64,000 nucleotides of DNA from Eledone cirrhosa (taxonomy: Eukaryota), in contig OZ024740.1 of NCBI GenBank assembly GCA_964016885.1, forward strand, positions 192,200,001-192,264,000, in the 5' to 3' direction. Positions 43,640 through 56,099 of this stretch are shown one piece after another. A program made the translations under genes and the position numbers. The stretch's first letter is position 1. Each line of letters opens with the position of its first letter. The notes under the pieces were generated by a model. That model was not told the DNA's origin. It searched no databases and was given only the letters and a program-made list of their open reading frames with translations.

Positions 43640-44862
43640 ATAAAAACTATGGTAATGCTGCGACCTGTAATGCTGCGACGCCACCTTAAGAATAAACCCA
43701 ACCATGCCTCTCCTTGTCTTGATGGCGTTACTTACCTGCTTCTCACACATGCTGGGTACTTCCTTCTGCACCAGCTATCACTTTTTTTTCAATTCTATCT
43801 TAACAACGATACTACTCCGGAGCAGTGGAAAACTGCCAGTGTCATTCCTCTGTTCAAAAAGGGTGACTACACATCACCTGTCAACTATCGCCCAGTCAGT
43901 CTTATTAGCTGCATTGCCAAACTGATGGAATCCTGTGACAGAGACACACATTGAAACCTTTCGAATTCTCAGTCTTGTCCGGGAATCGAAATTTGGATTT
44001 ATCCCTAACTCTAGTTGTTGCGATCAACTTATTGAGTTTCTTGAAGACATCACCCGGATCACTGATGGCAGCTCATGGGTGGATGGTGTTTACCTTGAGT
44101 TTGCTAAAGCTTTAATTCTGTGCCACACAAAAGACCTATGGCAAAACTCACTGCAATGGGGGGAATGATGATCTTTTTAACTGGTTGGAGTCTTTCATTC
44201 TTAGTCGAAGTGAGGTAGTCATGGTTCCAGGACAGCATTCCTCACCGTATGAGATGTCATCTTGTGTACCACAGGGATCTGTTCTTCGCCGCCTTTAGTT
44301 TGTTGCATATATTAATGACATAGATGCCAACTTAAAGAATACCACAGTACTGAAATATGCAGATGACATCAAGCTGTATCTTGAGATAAATAGGACAGAT
44401 CTTGAACACTATAGATCTTTCCTGCAATCAGACCTGGACACAATGAAGCAATGTATTACAAACTGGCACCTCAAACTGGATGTGGACTAGTGTACTACCA
44501 TGCATTTTGGGAGGAAAACCCAGCGTCCACAAATTCCCTCCACAACACTAATATCAAGAAATCATCTTGTGAACGTGACCTGGGAATTACCGTCAGCAGC
44601 GATTTACGTTGGACGAAGATCGTCACTGAAATTGTAAAGAAAGCCGAGGGTGTATTATCATCACTCAGCAACACCTTTGTCAACCGCGCTCCAGCTATCT
44701 ATTTATAGTTGTATAGAGATATGATGCGGCCACACTTAGAATTTGCATCACCAGTCTGGGAACCATATCTTGCTCAGAACGTTGACCCCCTGGAAACTGT
44801 TCAGAGACGTGCAACCAAGCGAATACCCTCCATCAGGCATCTACCATACTCTGAACGCCTTG
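43640..44862 (+). mobile_element. CR1-like LINE RT fragment (decayed)
   Basis: WKTASVIPLFKKGD, NYRPVSL, VYLEFAKA, VPQGSVL, YINDI, KYADDIKLY, ERDLGI, RPHLEFASPVW, LETVQRRATK. Confidence 0.93.
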
Positions 44863-44864
44863 TA

Positions 44865-46246
44865 GAAGCAATGGAATCCAGGTACCAACAGGTGAGATGA
44901 TAAAGTAAATTGACACAGAAGGGGGATACAAATATTTAGGTTTTCTGGAGGCAGATGCATCAAGAACAAAACAATGACGGAATTCATAAGATCTGACACA
45001 TAAGGAGAGTAAGTAGCGTATTAAAATCACATCTAAATAGAAGGAATGTCATAAGAGCAGTGAATTCCAAAGCTGTGTCTATTATTAGGTACAGTGCGGG
45101 AATTCTGAAATGGAATGTTGCTGAATAAAAAGAAATCGATAGGAAGACTAGGAAGCTATTGACTATCTACAACATGTTGCACAAGTGGAGTGATGTCAAT
45201 AGACTCTACTTAACGAGATCTGGAGGTGTTCAGATGGAGAAAAACAACCTGAAAAAAATACGTGACTGACAGAAGGAAGCCAATGCTCAAAATGTTACTG
45301 AAGTAGAAGACAATAGGCAAGGGGATAGCCAAGGAGGAAATAACAACAAGAAGGAGAGCAACCTTCATGGAAAATCCCTTCATAGTACCTTCTTTAAGAA
45401 AACTGAATTTAGAGATCCACAGACATGGAACTGGTTAAAAAGAGGAGACCTTCAAAAAGCTACATAAGGAATGCTAATGGCTGCGCAAGAGCAAGCCCTC
45501 AGAACGAGGGCGAAATATGCGCAGGAGCAAGCCGTTAGTGAAACATCATATTGACAAGGAGGAGGCTTGCACACTGTGTAGGATCTGTGGAGAGAGAGAG
45601 GAGATTGTGGCTCACATTGTATCCGAGTGTAAACACCTAGCCCAGACTCAGTATAAAGGCTGGAGACATGATGCGATAGGCAGGGTGATCCACTGGTATC
45701 TATGCAAAGTAAATAATTTACAACATTCTGAGAAGTAGCATGAGCATAAGCCAGAGTCGGTGATAGAAAACGATCAGGTGAAGGTGCTAGGGGATTTTAG
45801 GATACAGGCGGACAATAAATTAGAACACAATAGGCCTGACCTGGTGGTTTTGGACAAGGAAAAAAGATTGTGCCTGATTGTAGATGTAGCCTGCCCATTT
45901 CACACGAGAGTGTAAGAAAAGGAAAGGGAGAAAATTAACCGATACCAGGACGTAAAGTGGGAGATAAAAAGGATTTGGAATTGCCATGAAATCAAGGTCG
46001 TCCCGATTGTCATAGGCGCACTAGGTACTATCTCAAAGAGTTTCCAAGAATGGTTAAAGAAGATTTGTCCAGCCCCGCTTTTTGAAACACTTCAAAAGGC
46101 ATGCTTGCTGGGAACAGCAAGAACCCTCCGATACGTCCTGAATATGTGAGGCTGCAGGTAGCGGCTTGATATTCATATCAACAAACTTTCCAGTTAAATA
46201 ACATGAATGACTGAGACTCAAAGAACAATAATAATAATAATAATAA
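44865..46246 (+). mobile_element. R4/Dong-like non-LTR retrotransposon 3' part (thumb, CCHC knuckle, RLE)
   Basis: YKYLG, IDRKTRKLL, LMAAQEQAL, CRICGEREEIVAHIVSEC, RHD, NRPDLVV, IVDVACPF, EKINRYQD, VVPIVIGALG, and a (TAA)n tail at 46226-46246. Confidence 0.92.
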
Positions 46247-46482
46247 TGAAGTAATTGTGTACAGTGCTCAGGTGCACTACATATCATCAAATGTTCGCGT
46301 ACAAATATCAGGAAAATGAACGAAAAGTGTATGAGTCATGATATACATGTGTGCGTGAGTATGGAGGAGGGATATCCGATGTAGTCTCTGCTAAATTCAG
46401 GAAGCATGGAGGTTTTAAAGGATGCAGTGTCTCGGCAGCTAACAACCGATAAAACGTGTCTGTTCCATACTTCAGCAACTTT
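46247..46482 (-). mobile_element. CR1-like LINE extreme 3' end, inverted
   Basis: Minus-strand KVAEVWNRHVLSVVSCRDTASFKTSML fits the CR1 terminal motif V..WN.LP..VV.....FK. It runs into the (TTA)n tract. Confidence 0.7.
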
Positions 46483-46489
46483 ATATATA

Positions 46490-46902
46490 CATATCAAAAC
46501 CTGGTGACTAGAAATGTAAAAAGGCTACTTAACAACAAGTTGGAAATATCTATCTTCTACAGACACAGGATCGCCACTAAATTCATAAGATTTAAACCTC
46601 CGTGAATCGAACCAACGTAACGTAGCTTTCAACTTAGGATACCCCCCCACACACACACACACTACACTGCACGAACCACCACAGAAATATAATCATTAAG
46701 TATATTCTAGCCTTCTTAGTTCTATACCACACTAATGTCTGTAAGTACCTCATCAATCCATAGGCATATCTCTTCTCAGCTGCTGTCAGCACTTGATCCA
46801 AAATCCAAGAACATTTCAAAATACTACTACAACAGAACATTACCTTCCTCCTGTTATAATTATAGTCAGCATGTTTCCTCTTTATATGTATGTATATATG
46901 TG

Positions 46903-46950
<48 letters not shown>

Positions 46951-46957
46951 TGTGTGC

Positions 46958-47015
<58 letters not shown>

Positions 47016-47635
47016 CCTCCTTTACTTCTGTATTAACTTGCCCATTATATTGCTACTCTGTTAATGTTGTCTTATACATGTATGTTATTGATGATGAGAA
47101 AGCTAGACAACCCTTCATCTAATATAGACCACACAAACCTCACTACAGCGATAGATTCTTCATCTGTCAGATAATAACCGACTCTTACAGCCACCTGACC
47201 TACATTGTTTAAAGACACCAGCTTATTTTTACACTAGATATAATACACCACACGCCAGCTTTTACATGTCAATGTTATACATCTGCCTCATGTCAGCTAG
47301 TTTTACACGCTAAAATCGTAAATATACTATACTTCGCACCTAGATTGATGTTGTGATTATTTCAAATAATTTATTGCTACCATTGTTAGTATTGTTGTTA
47401 TTGTTTTGATTGAATGCCATTACTACTATATATAGTAGCCATGCCTGTATATTATTTTTCATTCTTACAAGCTCCGATGAATTGACTGGTTATATCTTTG
47501 TATTGGTGATCGAGTAATGTGAAAATAAGCGGGTAGCGATCTCTAGACCTACCAGTTCAGAGAAACAATTGTCAGCAGTGAGATTAAAAACCTTTTTTGT
47601 ATAGCAAACCGTGTCACTCTTCTTTCCTGATTTAT
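46490..47635 (+). mobile_element. Probable old PLE 3' remnant with pLTR/HHR
   Basis: Weak QHLIQNP remnant near 46787, C/A-skewed 3' region, HHR at 47463-47583, ATTAAA, and an end at (TA)n. Confidence 0.45.
47463..47583 (+). ncRNA. Type I hammerhead ribozyme, CCGATGA core, long stem II
   Basis: Stem I tcttac..gct / agc.gtgaga, core CCGATGA, stem II tgactggt/accagttca, then GAAAC-aatt-GTC. Confidence 0.65.
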
Positions 47636-47935
47636 TATATATATATATATAAAAACAGGTAGAATTCCCAAAACTAATCAGATCAGAGCAAACATCCCGG
47701 ACGCTCTATCTCAAAATTATTTTAGAAAAGCATTTAGAAATGCGCAACCGGTAAAACTTAAAACCAAAACTGATTACTAACCAATACAATTACTAATTCT
47801 CATTTATTCCTAATTAAACTATTTTTCACTGTGAACAATTTGTCAGCATTTTCTATTCCGTTTACCAATATATAATAACCTGTGTGTTACACCTCTATTC
47901 TTTTAACTATCATATCCTCACACGAGATACAGAAA

Positions 47936-49244
47936 ATGCCAACAAAAATGGATACAACCCGCATCAACACAAATGAAGAGATTCTACAGGAACTCAAGAA
48001 AATTAACACCAACCTATCTTTGCTGGTCGACAAACTTGACTCCACAAATAAGTAAACCGCCACGGGATACAAACCCTCCGAAATCGGCGATAAACTCCAA
48101 AACCTTTGCGATACTATCCAAACTATGTTCACTTCTACCAACACAGGAAAAACCAACGAAGAACCATGTGAGATTGATTCATACAAAATGAAAATTCGAA
48201 CAATTCCAAAATGGAACAAATCCCTCAGAGACAGAAAGTTCTCATTCTGGAAGATGATACAAAATCACAACAAAGCGGAGATATATGAAAAATGGCTTAA
48301 CTCAACCACTCTAACTCTCCCCCGTAAAATACAAATAAAGTCCATTCCAAATGAACCCGAACCTCCAAGACACCTTAGGGAAAGAATGGCATTGGAAAAA
48401 ATGAAGACAGAAATTGAACCTCTTAAACTGAGGGCCCAGACAAATGAGGAAAAAATCAAAACCATCGATGAAGAGATCCTCCTGGAAATCAACAATAAAA
48501 CTGAAAGCCCCAAGGTAGAGAAGATCTCCAAATTATGGAAAGGGGACTGCAACAGAGAAGAACTGAAATGCCTTCAACGCTGGGAAAAAAGTGCCGCTTG
48601 GTTCCTACACTATGAATCAACTTTTCAAACGGATTACACCTCCAATAACCCGTTCATAAAAATAGGAAAACCCATAACTGAAACGCACACAACTTCTCAA
48701 ACCCCCAAGTCACTAACAAACGAAGAAGGAAGCACCACACCGAAGATGAACTTCCCAACCTCGCTACCATAAGAAGGAAAAAAACCCAAGAAAGCATCTC
48801 CCCCAGAATGACATTTACAACTTTCCCCCTTCAAGGAGACACCATACCAAATCACTCAACTATTACGCAGATGCCTCATCGTCAAACATAGGGAAAAGAT
48901 ACCACCACCATGATAGATGTAACAACTTCCCCGATTCAAGGGGACAGCAAGGTAATTTCCATTTTCTCAACTCTCGCTTCCACAATACACAACATACCCA
49001 CAGCACACGTTACAACCAACAACGTAGGCCACCTAAAACACCACAATACAACATGGCACTTAGAAACACACACCCAAACTCGCAGTACAGGAACACCCTA
49101 TTCAATCTACAACCACCAACCCGAACCACAGTTTACAACAACAAGGAATATAACAAACACAGTAGAACACTTAACATCAGCAGACAACCCCTCTACCCCA
49201 ATCATTTTTTAGACACAGCACACAGATACAGGCAAACAAAATAA
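47936..49244 (+). pseudogene. PLE upstream ORF, frameshifted; helical/coiled-coil-like core plus low-complexity tail
   Basis: ATG at 47936 just after the pLTR (MPTKMDTTRINTNEEILQELKK), a 215-aa open segment at 48125-48772 with a heptad-like stretch, and a terminal segment ending NHFLDTAHRYRQTK*. Confidence 0.6.
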
Positions 49245-49252
49245 CACAAGAC

Positions 49253-51511
49253 ATGGAGGAGAAACCGATAGTAATAAACATTATCAATCTTACTAGTGCA
49301 GAACCAACACCCAACCTTATCAACTTACTCTCCAAAGGTCTTAAATTCACACCGACCCCACTACGTCCTAACTACTATGAAATGAAGGAAGACATCACAG
49401 ACTTCTGTAGAAAGTTACGACTCAGTGAACAACTATTCGACCAGTACAATGAGGATGAATCATTAGCCAGAAATAGAAGCAATTACACCCCATCAAAAGG
49501 TAGAAATAAATTCCTGGACAAATTCTGTGAACACATCACAAACTTCCCTTACCAACACTTGCACACACAAAAACACAAGCCAATCCTCAACAAGAAAGAA
49601 TGGGAAGAATTAAATAGATTAAAAACCGACAGCACCATTACAAATAAAGAGGCTGATAAAGGGAGTGCAGTAGTCCTAATGGAGACAGAATTATATATCA
49701 ACTTAGCGCTCTCCACTTTGGAAAACGAAACATACTACGAAAAGGCTGAACACTACAATCAACAGAAAATTATGAGAAACCTAAAAACTATAATCAACCA
49801 ATACAAAGAAGGACTCACTAACAAGGAATTCAGCTTCATCATAGACTTCATAAGTAAATCAAGCCTTGTCTACGGTATCCTTAAAGTACATAAAAGCGAA
49901 TTAATAAGTAAGGCATGCAAGGAAGCCACAGACATAGTCATCAATGTCCCCTCACCCAATGATCTCAAATTAAGACCTATAATAGCAGGCCCCGCTTGCG
50001 AAACCCACCGCCTTAGCAACTTCATTGATACCCTTCTCAAGCCCTTTCTCAAACACATCAAAAGCTATATAAGGGACGACCTAGATATGCTCAATCACCT
50101 CCCTAATATGCCACTTTCTGAACAAACCCTACTAGTGACGTTCGATGTAGTCAACCTATACTCCAACATCCCCACAACCTAGGAATAGAAGCTATCCAAT
50201 TCTGGCTAGATAATTACCACAATGAACTCCCACAACGCATCAAAAGAGAATTCGTGATAGAGGGACTCAAATTTATCTTGGAGAACAATTACTTCGTTTT
50301 CTATAACAAACCCTACAGGCAGAAATCTGGGACCGCTATGGGAACGAAAACAACCCCCACTTATGCCAACCTAGTCATGGGATACCTGGAAATCACCCTC
50401 TACACTAAAGTAATAAACAAATTTGGAAACACTCTCCACTTACACATAGAAAGGAACAAGAAGCGATATCTAGATGACTGCTTCATCCTTTGGCACGAAA
50501 ACGTCGAAAAGCTTAAAGAATTCCACACCCTTATAAATGGGCTCAACACGAATATTAACTTCACGATGGAATACAGCCATCAACAACTCCCATTCCTCGA
50601 CATCCTCATTAAGATCCATAACAAAAAAATAAAAACAGACATATACTACAAGCCCACAGACTCCAAGCAATATCTTCCTTTCAACTCTTGCCACCCTAGA
50701 CACGTTAACATTAATATTCCCTACAACTTAGCCAAGAGAATCCGTACTATAGTCTCCAATAAAAACACCTGCTACTTACGGCTACAAGAAGTAAAGGACA
50801 CACTCATAGGCATCATTAATTGACAATGGAATCCAATGTGCCCTAAAACTCAGTACCCAGGACCTTAGACACCCTAAAGTAAATCAACCGAAACTAAAAG
50901 CTCTTTCATACATCTCCACACACAACTCCCTCAACAATGAGGCCTTTGACACCATCCTCCAGAACATCCCTGTGTTGAAAAAGGACCATAGTATGAACCA
51001 AATCCTACGAACACACGATATCATAAAGGGCAAAAGACAATCCAAGTCAATGAAAAACATCTTAACACATGCCAAAGTACCACCAACCACAACAACGAAA
51101 CCCACAGTAAAAAAATGCGATAGACCCAACTGTGGCATTTGCATCAAATAGAGGGTTCGGAATTCTATTTCAAAGAAGGACAACGTTTTATAGTAAAACA
51201 CAATTTCACATGTGCATCGGAACATCTATTATATGTATTAAGTTGCACAGGTTGTCGAGAACAATACATAGGCCGGACCAAAGACAGCCTCCGCCAACGC
51301 ATGACTGTCCATAGATCCCAAATTAAAATACGGGAATACAGGAAAATACCACTGAGTGAGCACATTGATACCTGTGCCGCCCCAAAATCATCCCAACTTC
51401 AGAGACTTTCCCCTCTACAAATTTAAAGATAATGCCACCCACACCCAGCGCATCAGCAGGGAATCTTACTTTATTAACAAATACGGACCCCGTCTAAACA
51501 CTTCTCCCTAA
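49253..51511 (+). pseudogene. PLE RT + Cys linker + GIY-YIG endonuclease, few frameshifts
   Basis: LLSKGLKFTPTP, KEADKGSAVV, LRPIIAG, TFDVVNLY, GTAMGTK, RYLDDCF, LPFLDI, CDRPNCGIC, TCASEHLLYVLSCTGCREQYIGRT...RMTVH. Confidence 0.96.
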
Positions 51512-52035
51512 GACGAACCCACAACATACACACGTCAACATACATACCCACATATAAACACAATGACATACGTAAACACACATGTTCTATGGTGCAACAC
51601 AAACATATATATGTATATATATATATATATAGTGAATATATGTATGTATATATATATATAGTTAATATAATTTCACACCTTTTATTGTTAAGGTTTTTGA
51701 TGTTCTATTGAGAGAATCCATTTTACTGAAAATATCGAATAATGTACACCATTTTACCAGGGAAAAAATACTGGTCCACCCACACACACACACACACACA
51801 CATATTCTCACACATACACACACATATATACACATATACACACACACATATATACACACACACATACACATGCGTACATTAACATACGAAGAGACTTATA
51901 CACACACACACGCACACACACACACTTCTCCGTATAAGACAAGAGCTGAAAAATATATTTTAACATGTTAAAATATCACCCACTCACTTACAGACACATT
52001 CCTACTGACCATCCCTCTACGACGAATTACTCTGC

Positions 52036-52105
<70 letters not shown>

Positions 52106-52591
52106 TCTAAATAGGCATTTGAACTGTCAACAGGCTGCGGTTCGCACACACATCCGTGCTAAACATTATTACAACAACGAACACTTTACTACTACACACA
52201 CACACACACACATATTTGTTGTGAAAGAGTCAGTTCTCAGTCTTGGCGCAAAATCAATTTTTTACATTCACATGACCTCTACCGACCAATCAAAATTGTT
52301 TTGACCACAAGAATTTTTGCAACACGAATTGGCGCAAAAAAACAATTTTATTAGCGCTGGAGCCACTTTTTTAACATAAAAACAGGTAGAATTTCCAAAA
52401 CTAATCAGATCAGAGCAAACATCACGCACGCTCTATCTCAAAATTATTTTTGAAAAGCATTTAGAAATGCGCAACCGGTAAAAGTTAAAACCAAAACTGA
52501 TTACTAACCAATACAATTACTAATTCTTATTTATTCCTAATTAAACTATTTTTCACTGTGAACAATTTGTCAGCATTTTCTATTCCGTTTA

Positions 52592-52678
<87 letters not shown>

Positions 52679-52682
<4 letters not shown>

Positions 52683-53173
52683 CACGATAAATTAACGGAG
52701 GCATAGGCAGTCGTTAATTCCCTGTAAATAATGTGCTCAAAGGGGAAGAGATCCTGAGCCCTTTAGAATATAATATGTTGAGAAGGTAACACACCAGAGA
52801 GGTATATATAGTGCGTTATCAATAATACAGGGAAAAAACCACCAGTGTATGGAATCTATAACCTATGAAAGGCAGACTATAGACACGATAATTAAAAATA
52901 TAAATTAAACCGTAAATAAATACCTCTATAACTATATTACACACGTACAAATCCAGAGATATGTTTCGCCAGAGAAATTGTTGAAAGAAATGTTAGTTTC
53001 GGTTCATCAGCGTGTGTAAGGCTATTTACGCTTTAATTTATATTTTTAATTATCGTGTCTATAGTCAGCCTTTCATAGGTTATAGATTCCATACACTGGT
53101 GGTTTTTTCCCTGTATTATTGATAACGCACTATATATCTCTCTCTGGTGTGTTACCTTCTCAACATATTATAT

Positions 53174-53174
<1 letters not shown>
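52679..53174. mobile_element. Fold-back pLTR insert (family D) with an HHR at the apex and ~90-bp tail
   Basis: Arms ~52767-52918 and 53023-53174, extension 52679-52766, (TA)n on both sides. Confidence 0.88.
52937..53019 (-). ncRNA. Type I hammerhead ribozyme with canonical core
   Basis: Minus strand reads ttacacacg-CTGATGA-acc gaaa...tttc tct ggc-GAA-ACATATC tctg GATTTGT-A-cgtgtgtaa. Stem I is 9 bp, stem III pairs 6 of 7, and the triplet is GUA. Predicted cut between 52946 and 52945. Confidence 0.85.
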
Positions 53175-53232
<58 letters not shown>

Positions 53233-53234
<2 letters not shown>

Positions 53235-53324
53235 GTAGATGTTAAACTTTCCATTTTCCGGATTCCTGAAGAATACGTAATTGTATGACATGATCCACGT
53301 TCTCTCATCATCGTCAGCCGTATC

Positions 53325-53380
<56 letters not shown>

Positions 53381-53391
53381 GATCCGATACG

Positions 53392-53428
<37 letters not shown>

Positions 53429-53520
53429 GATACGGGTGGCGTTGATGAGAGAGCGTGGATCATGTTATACAATTACGTATTCTTCAGGAATCCGGAAAAT
53501 GGAAAGTTTAACATCTACGT
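53233..53520. repeat. ~94-bp inverted repeat centred on (TA)n, with an extra 16-bp abortive copy at 53379-53394
   Basis: acgtagatgttaaactttccattttccggattcctgaagaatacg... / ...cgtattcttcaggaatccggaaaatggaaagtttaacatctacgt. Confidence 0.92.
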
Positions 53521-53848
53521 GTGTCTAGAAATATCGTATAAAGCGCAAATTGTTTTATCTTGTAATCCCAAAATATTCTGTTTATATGTTCAGCATATAC
53601 TAGGGCCATCACCGATTTGATAACCTTACCAAATTGAAGGAAGTCAATTATATACTACCCGATTAGAGAATTCAATAAAATAAATATAATCAGTAGAATA
53701 CCGCAATGGAACTGACATATCAATTAGCCTAGACTTTCGTTATCCTTGTTTGATAGAATCAATAATAGCTATTATATCTGCAAAACATCGAGGATGGTAT
53801 TAGTAAAGAGAGGTTTACCGAAAATCTTGTCTTTCGTATATATATATT

Positions 53849-54067
53849 GTGAAGGCGTGTGGCCGAGTGGTTAGAGAATTGGATACCTAATCGTGAGGTT
53901 GTAAGTTCGATTCCCGGACTGGGTGATGCGTTATGTCCTTGAGCAAGAAACTTTATTTCACGCTGCTCCTTCTACCTGGAGTTGCGACCGATAGAGATTA
54001 CTAGCAATTGGAAAGACCAACGGAAACATTGTTTCCTCGGTCCGATTTGACGAAAGTCGATCGACCG

Positions 54068-54072
<5 letters not shown>
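53849..54072 (+). mobile_element. Full-length tRNA-derived SINE (family 2)
   Basis: A box tggccgagtggttag, B box gttcgattcc, central tgtccttgagcaagaaacttta. Second copy at 37056-37281. Confidence 0.9.
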
Positions 54073-54127
<55 letters not shown>

Positions 54128-55050
54128 CATGCGACGATAATATCTGTGGCAATTTGAACGCATGTATACGCAACGCCCTTTCTTTCACTCTCTCACTATC
54201 TCTATATCTGCCTCAGTCTCTATATGTCACTCTCTCCCTCCCTCTCTCACTCGCCATGTATGTATGTATATATATAATATATAAAGAACGCGATGCGTAT
54301 GTACGTGTTGAAACTCAATCGTTTAAAGAGAAGTGTTCCACTGAATGCAATCTATGCAACACCTATTGATGAAATAAATATGTAGTTCGCGGAGAATCCC
54401 ATAGACCCTTGTACCATTAACGTAGACCTTAGAGATTTCCACAATCAAAATTTGTGACATATACGATACTTTGCATTACAGGTATGTCTCATTTTCTTCC
54501 AGCTGATTGGACTGGTCAATAAAGTCACACCACAACGATGGCAAGCGAACCAAATGTCGATAGATTTGATCCCAGAATAATATAGTTTGAAATGTTGGCT
54601 CCCAAGCACGTATGGCGGTATAGTCATCGTAAATCACTTGAAAGGATTAATTATAAAACGCTTCGATAATGCACACTAAGACGAACAACATGTGGCCAGA
54701 TATGCTTGTGTGAAATGGCTCTGAATGTTTATGCAGGTTAACAATTCTAGATACCACAGAAAAGGAATGGTCATGGAGACATAATAACAATGCCAGAAAT
54801 CCGAACGATACGAAGTTATATTCCCTCTACACTTTTCGTCTCAAGAGGTATTCTACCAGACTTTGTCTACCAGTATTTCTGGAGGGCATCTATCATTGGC
54901 ACATATACATCTATTTCCCCTAGGCCCCTTAGTTTAACACGGTACAGTGAACGATTTGACTCGCTCAATATTTTGTGGAATGATTTCTACCCTGGTTCAA
55001 TATAATTTGGGTAAGTAGTGTTGCATGCATATATATATATATATATATAT

Positions 55051-55243
55051 ATAATTGTTTCTACTATTGGCACAAGGCCAGCAATTACCCAGTACATTAC
55101 TGGTACTTTATTTTATCGACCCCGTAAGGATGAAAGGCAAAGTTAACCTTGGCGGGATTTGAACTCAGAATGGCAAGGGCCGTAACTCTATGCGTCAAAG
55201 CATGGCGTCCGATCCTCTACCGATACTGCCAATCCACCGCCCT
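55051..55243 (-). mobile_element. Full-length SINE family 1
   Basis: Aligns end to end with 22217-22405. Confidence 0.92.
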
Positions 55244-55250
55244 CTATATA

Positions 55251-55410
55251 TAATATAAGATCAAAAGATGGTTAAAAGAGTTCCATGTATTTTATTCTTT
55301 TAACCATCTTTTGATCTTATATTATTTATACTCCAGTCCCACAAACTGTAGAGTGCTACTATCCGATATCTGCATTGCTTTAATATACTACAATAAAACT
55401 CACCTCCTAC

Positions 55411-55412
<2 letters not shown>
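55251..55412. repeat. 29-bp-arm hairpin with asymmetric ~90-bp extension to (TA)n
   Basis: taatataagatcaaaagatggttaaaaga / tcttttaaccatcttttgatcttatatta. The extension contains AATAAA. Confidence 0.8.
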
Positions 55413-55458
<46 letters not shown>

Positions 55459-56099
55459 TATATGCATACGTGTGTGTTTATTAAATTGTATTGGAATTAT
55501 GTCAATATCCAAAGTTCGATTCGGTTATCTATAGCTTATTAAACAAATAAACTTAATTGTTGTGTATTAAATCAAATACATATGTTTGTTGAAATTAGCA
55601 GTAATACGGCTGTAAAATATTCTGCTTTCTAATAGAAATGGTAAATAAGCTATTTTTATTCGTATCTGACTGAATAGTTGAATAATTAATGTAGCTATAT
55701 AATGATATTTTTGACAGTGATTGTTATTCATATTTCGTGAAAGATTGGCAGATTGCCATATCAAATTGAATATCTATCAGTGTGAAGGGTTGATTTTGAT
55801 TTCTACAGCTTTCCGATTCTCCATCTGTGCATATAGACAAAGGTACGTAGCTTAATGATTAGTGAGGTTGGTTCACATTCATATAATCCTGAGTGCGATT
55901 GTTGATCCGATTTCCGGACATTAAATATAACATTTTATTGAATGTTAAATGGACAGTCAAGTATAAAAAGAGACAATTCCGAGTATATACCTTTCTCTCT
56001 CTATATATATATAAATATCTTCCTATGAACACAGGTAGTTTGTACTTAATAGAATAATGGCTCAGTATTGTTGTGTGGGGAGGAATTACATTCAAACAT

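Larger units (their letters stand above)
47650..52598 (+). mobile_element. Near full-length Penelope-like element (Neptune-like) with direct pseudo-LTRs, inserted in (TA)n
   Basis: Direct repeats of about 222 bp at 47650-47872 and 52377-52598 (aaaaacaggtagaatt...ttccgtttaccaatatata), upstream ORF + RT + EN between them, and TA tracts on both sides. Confidence 0.95.

Noticed and set aside
47650-47907. Expected hammerhead in the pLTR of the full-length PLE (gaaatgcgcaacc)
   Set aside because: No CUGANGA and no NUH in register here or in 52100-52598. Not called; a covariance-model search is needed.
49253-51511. Naiad/Chlamys-type PLE or selenocysteine recoding
   Set aside because: The endonuclease is C-terminal in both PLEs, and the interruptions look like ordinary frameshifts rather than in-frame TGA at Cys positions.
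53849-53925. tRNA-like sequences (also ~22315-22405, 41714-41800, 55150-55243)
   Set aside because: A/B boxes continue into shared SINE bodies and there is no complete cloverleaf.
54430-55000. GC-richer stretches that may be very old TE coding remnants (also 590-900, 8860-9400, 11600-12130, 36540-36900)
   Set aside because: No motif could be read with confidence by eye; BLASTX is needed.
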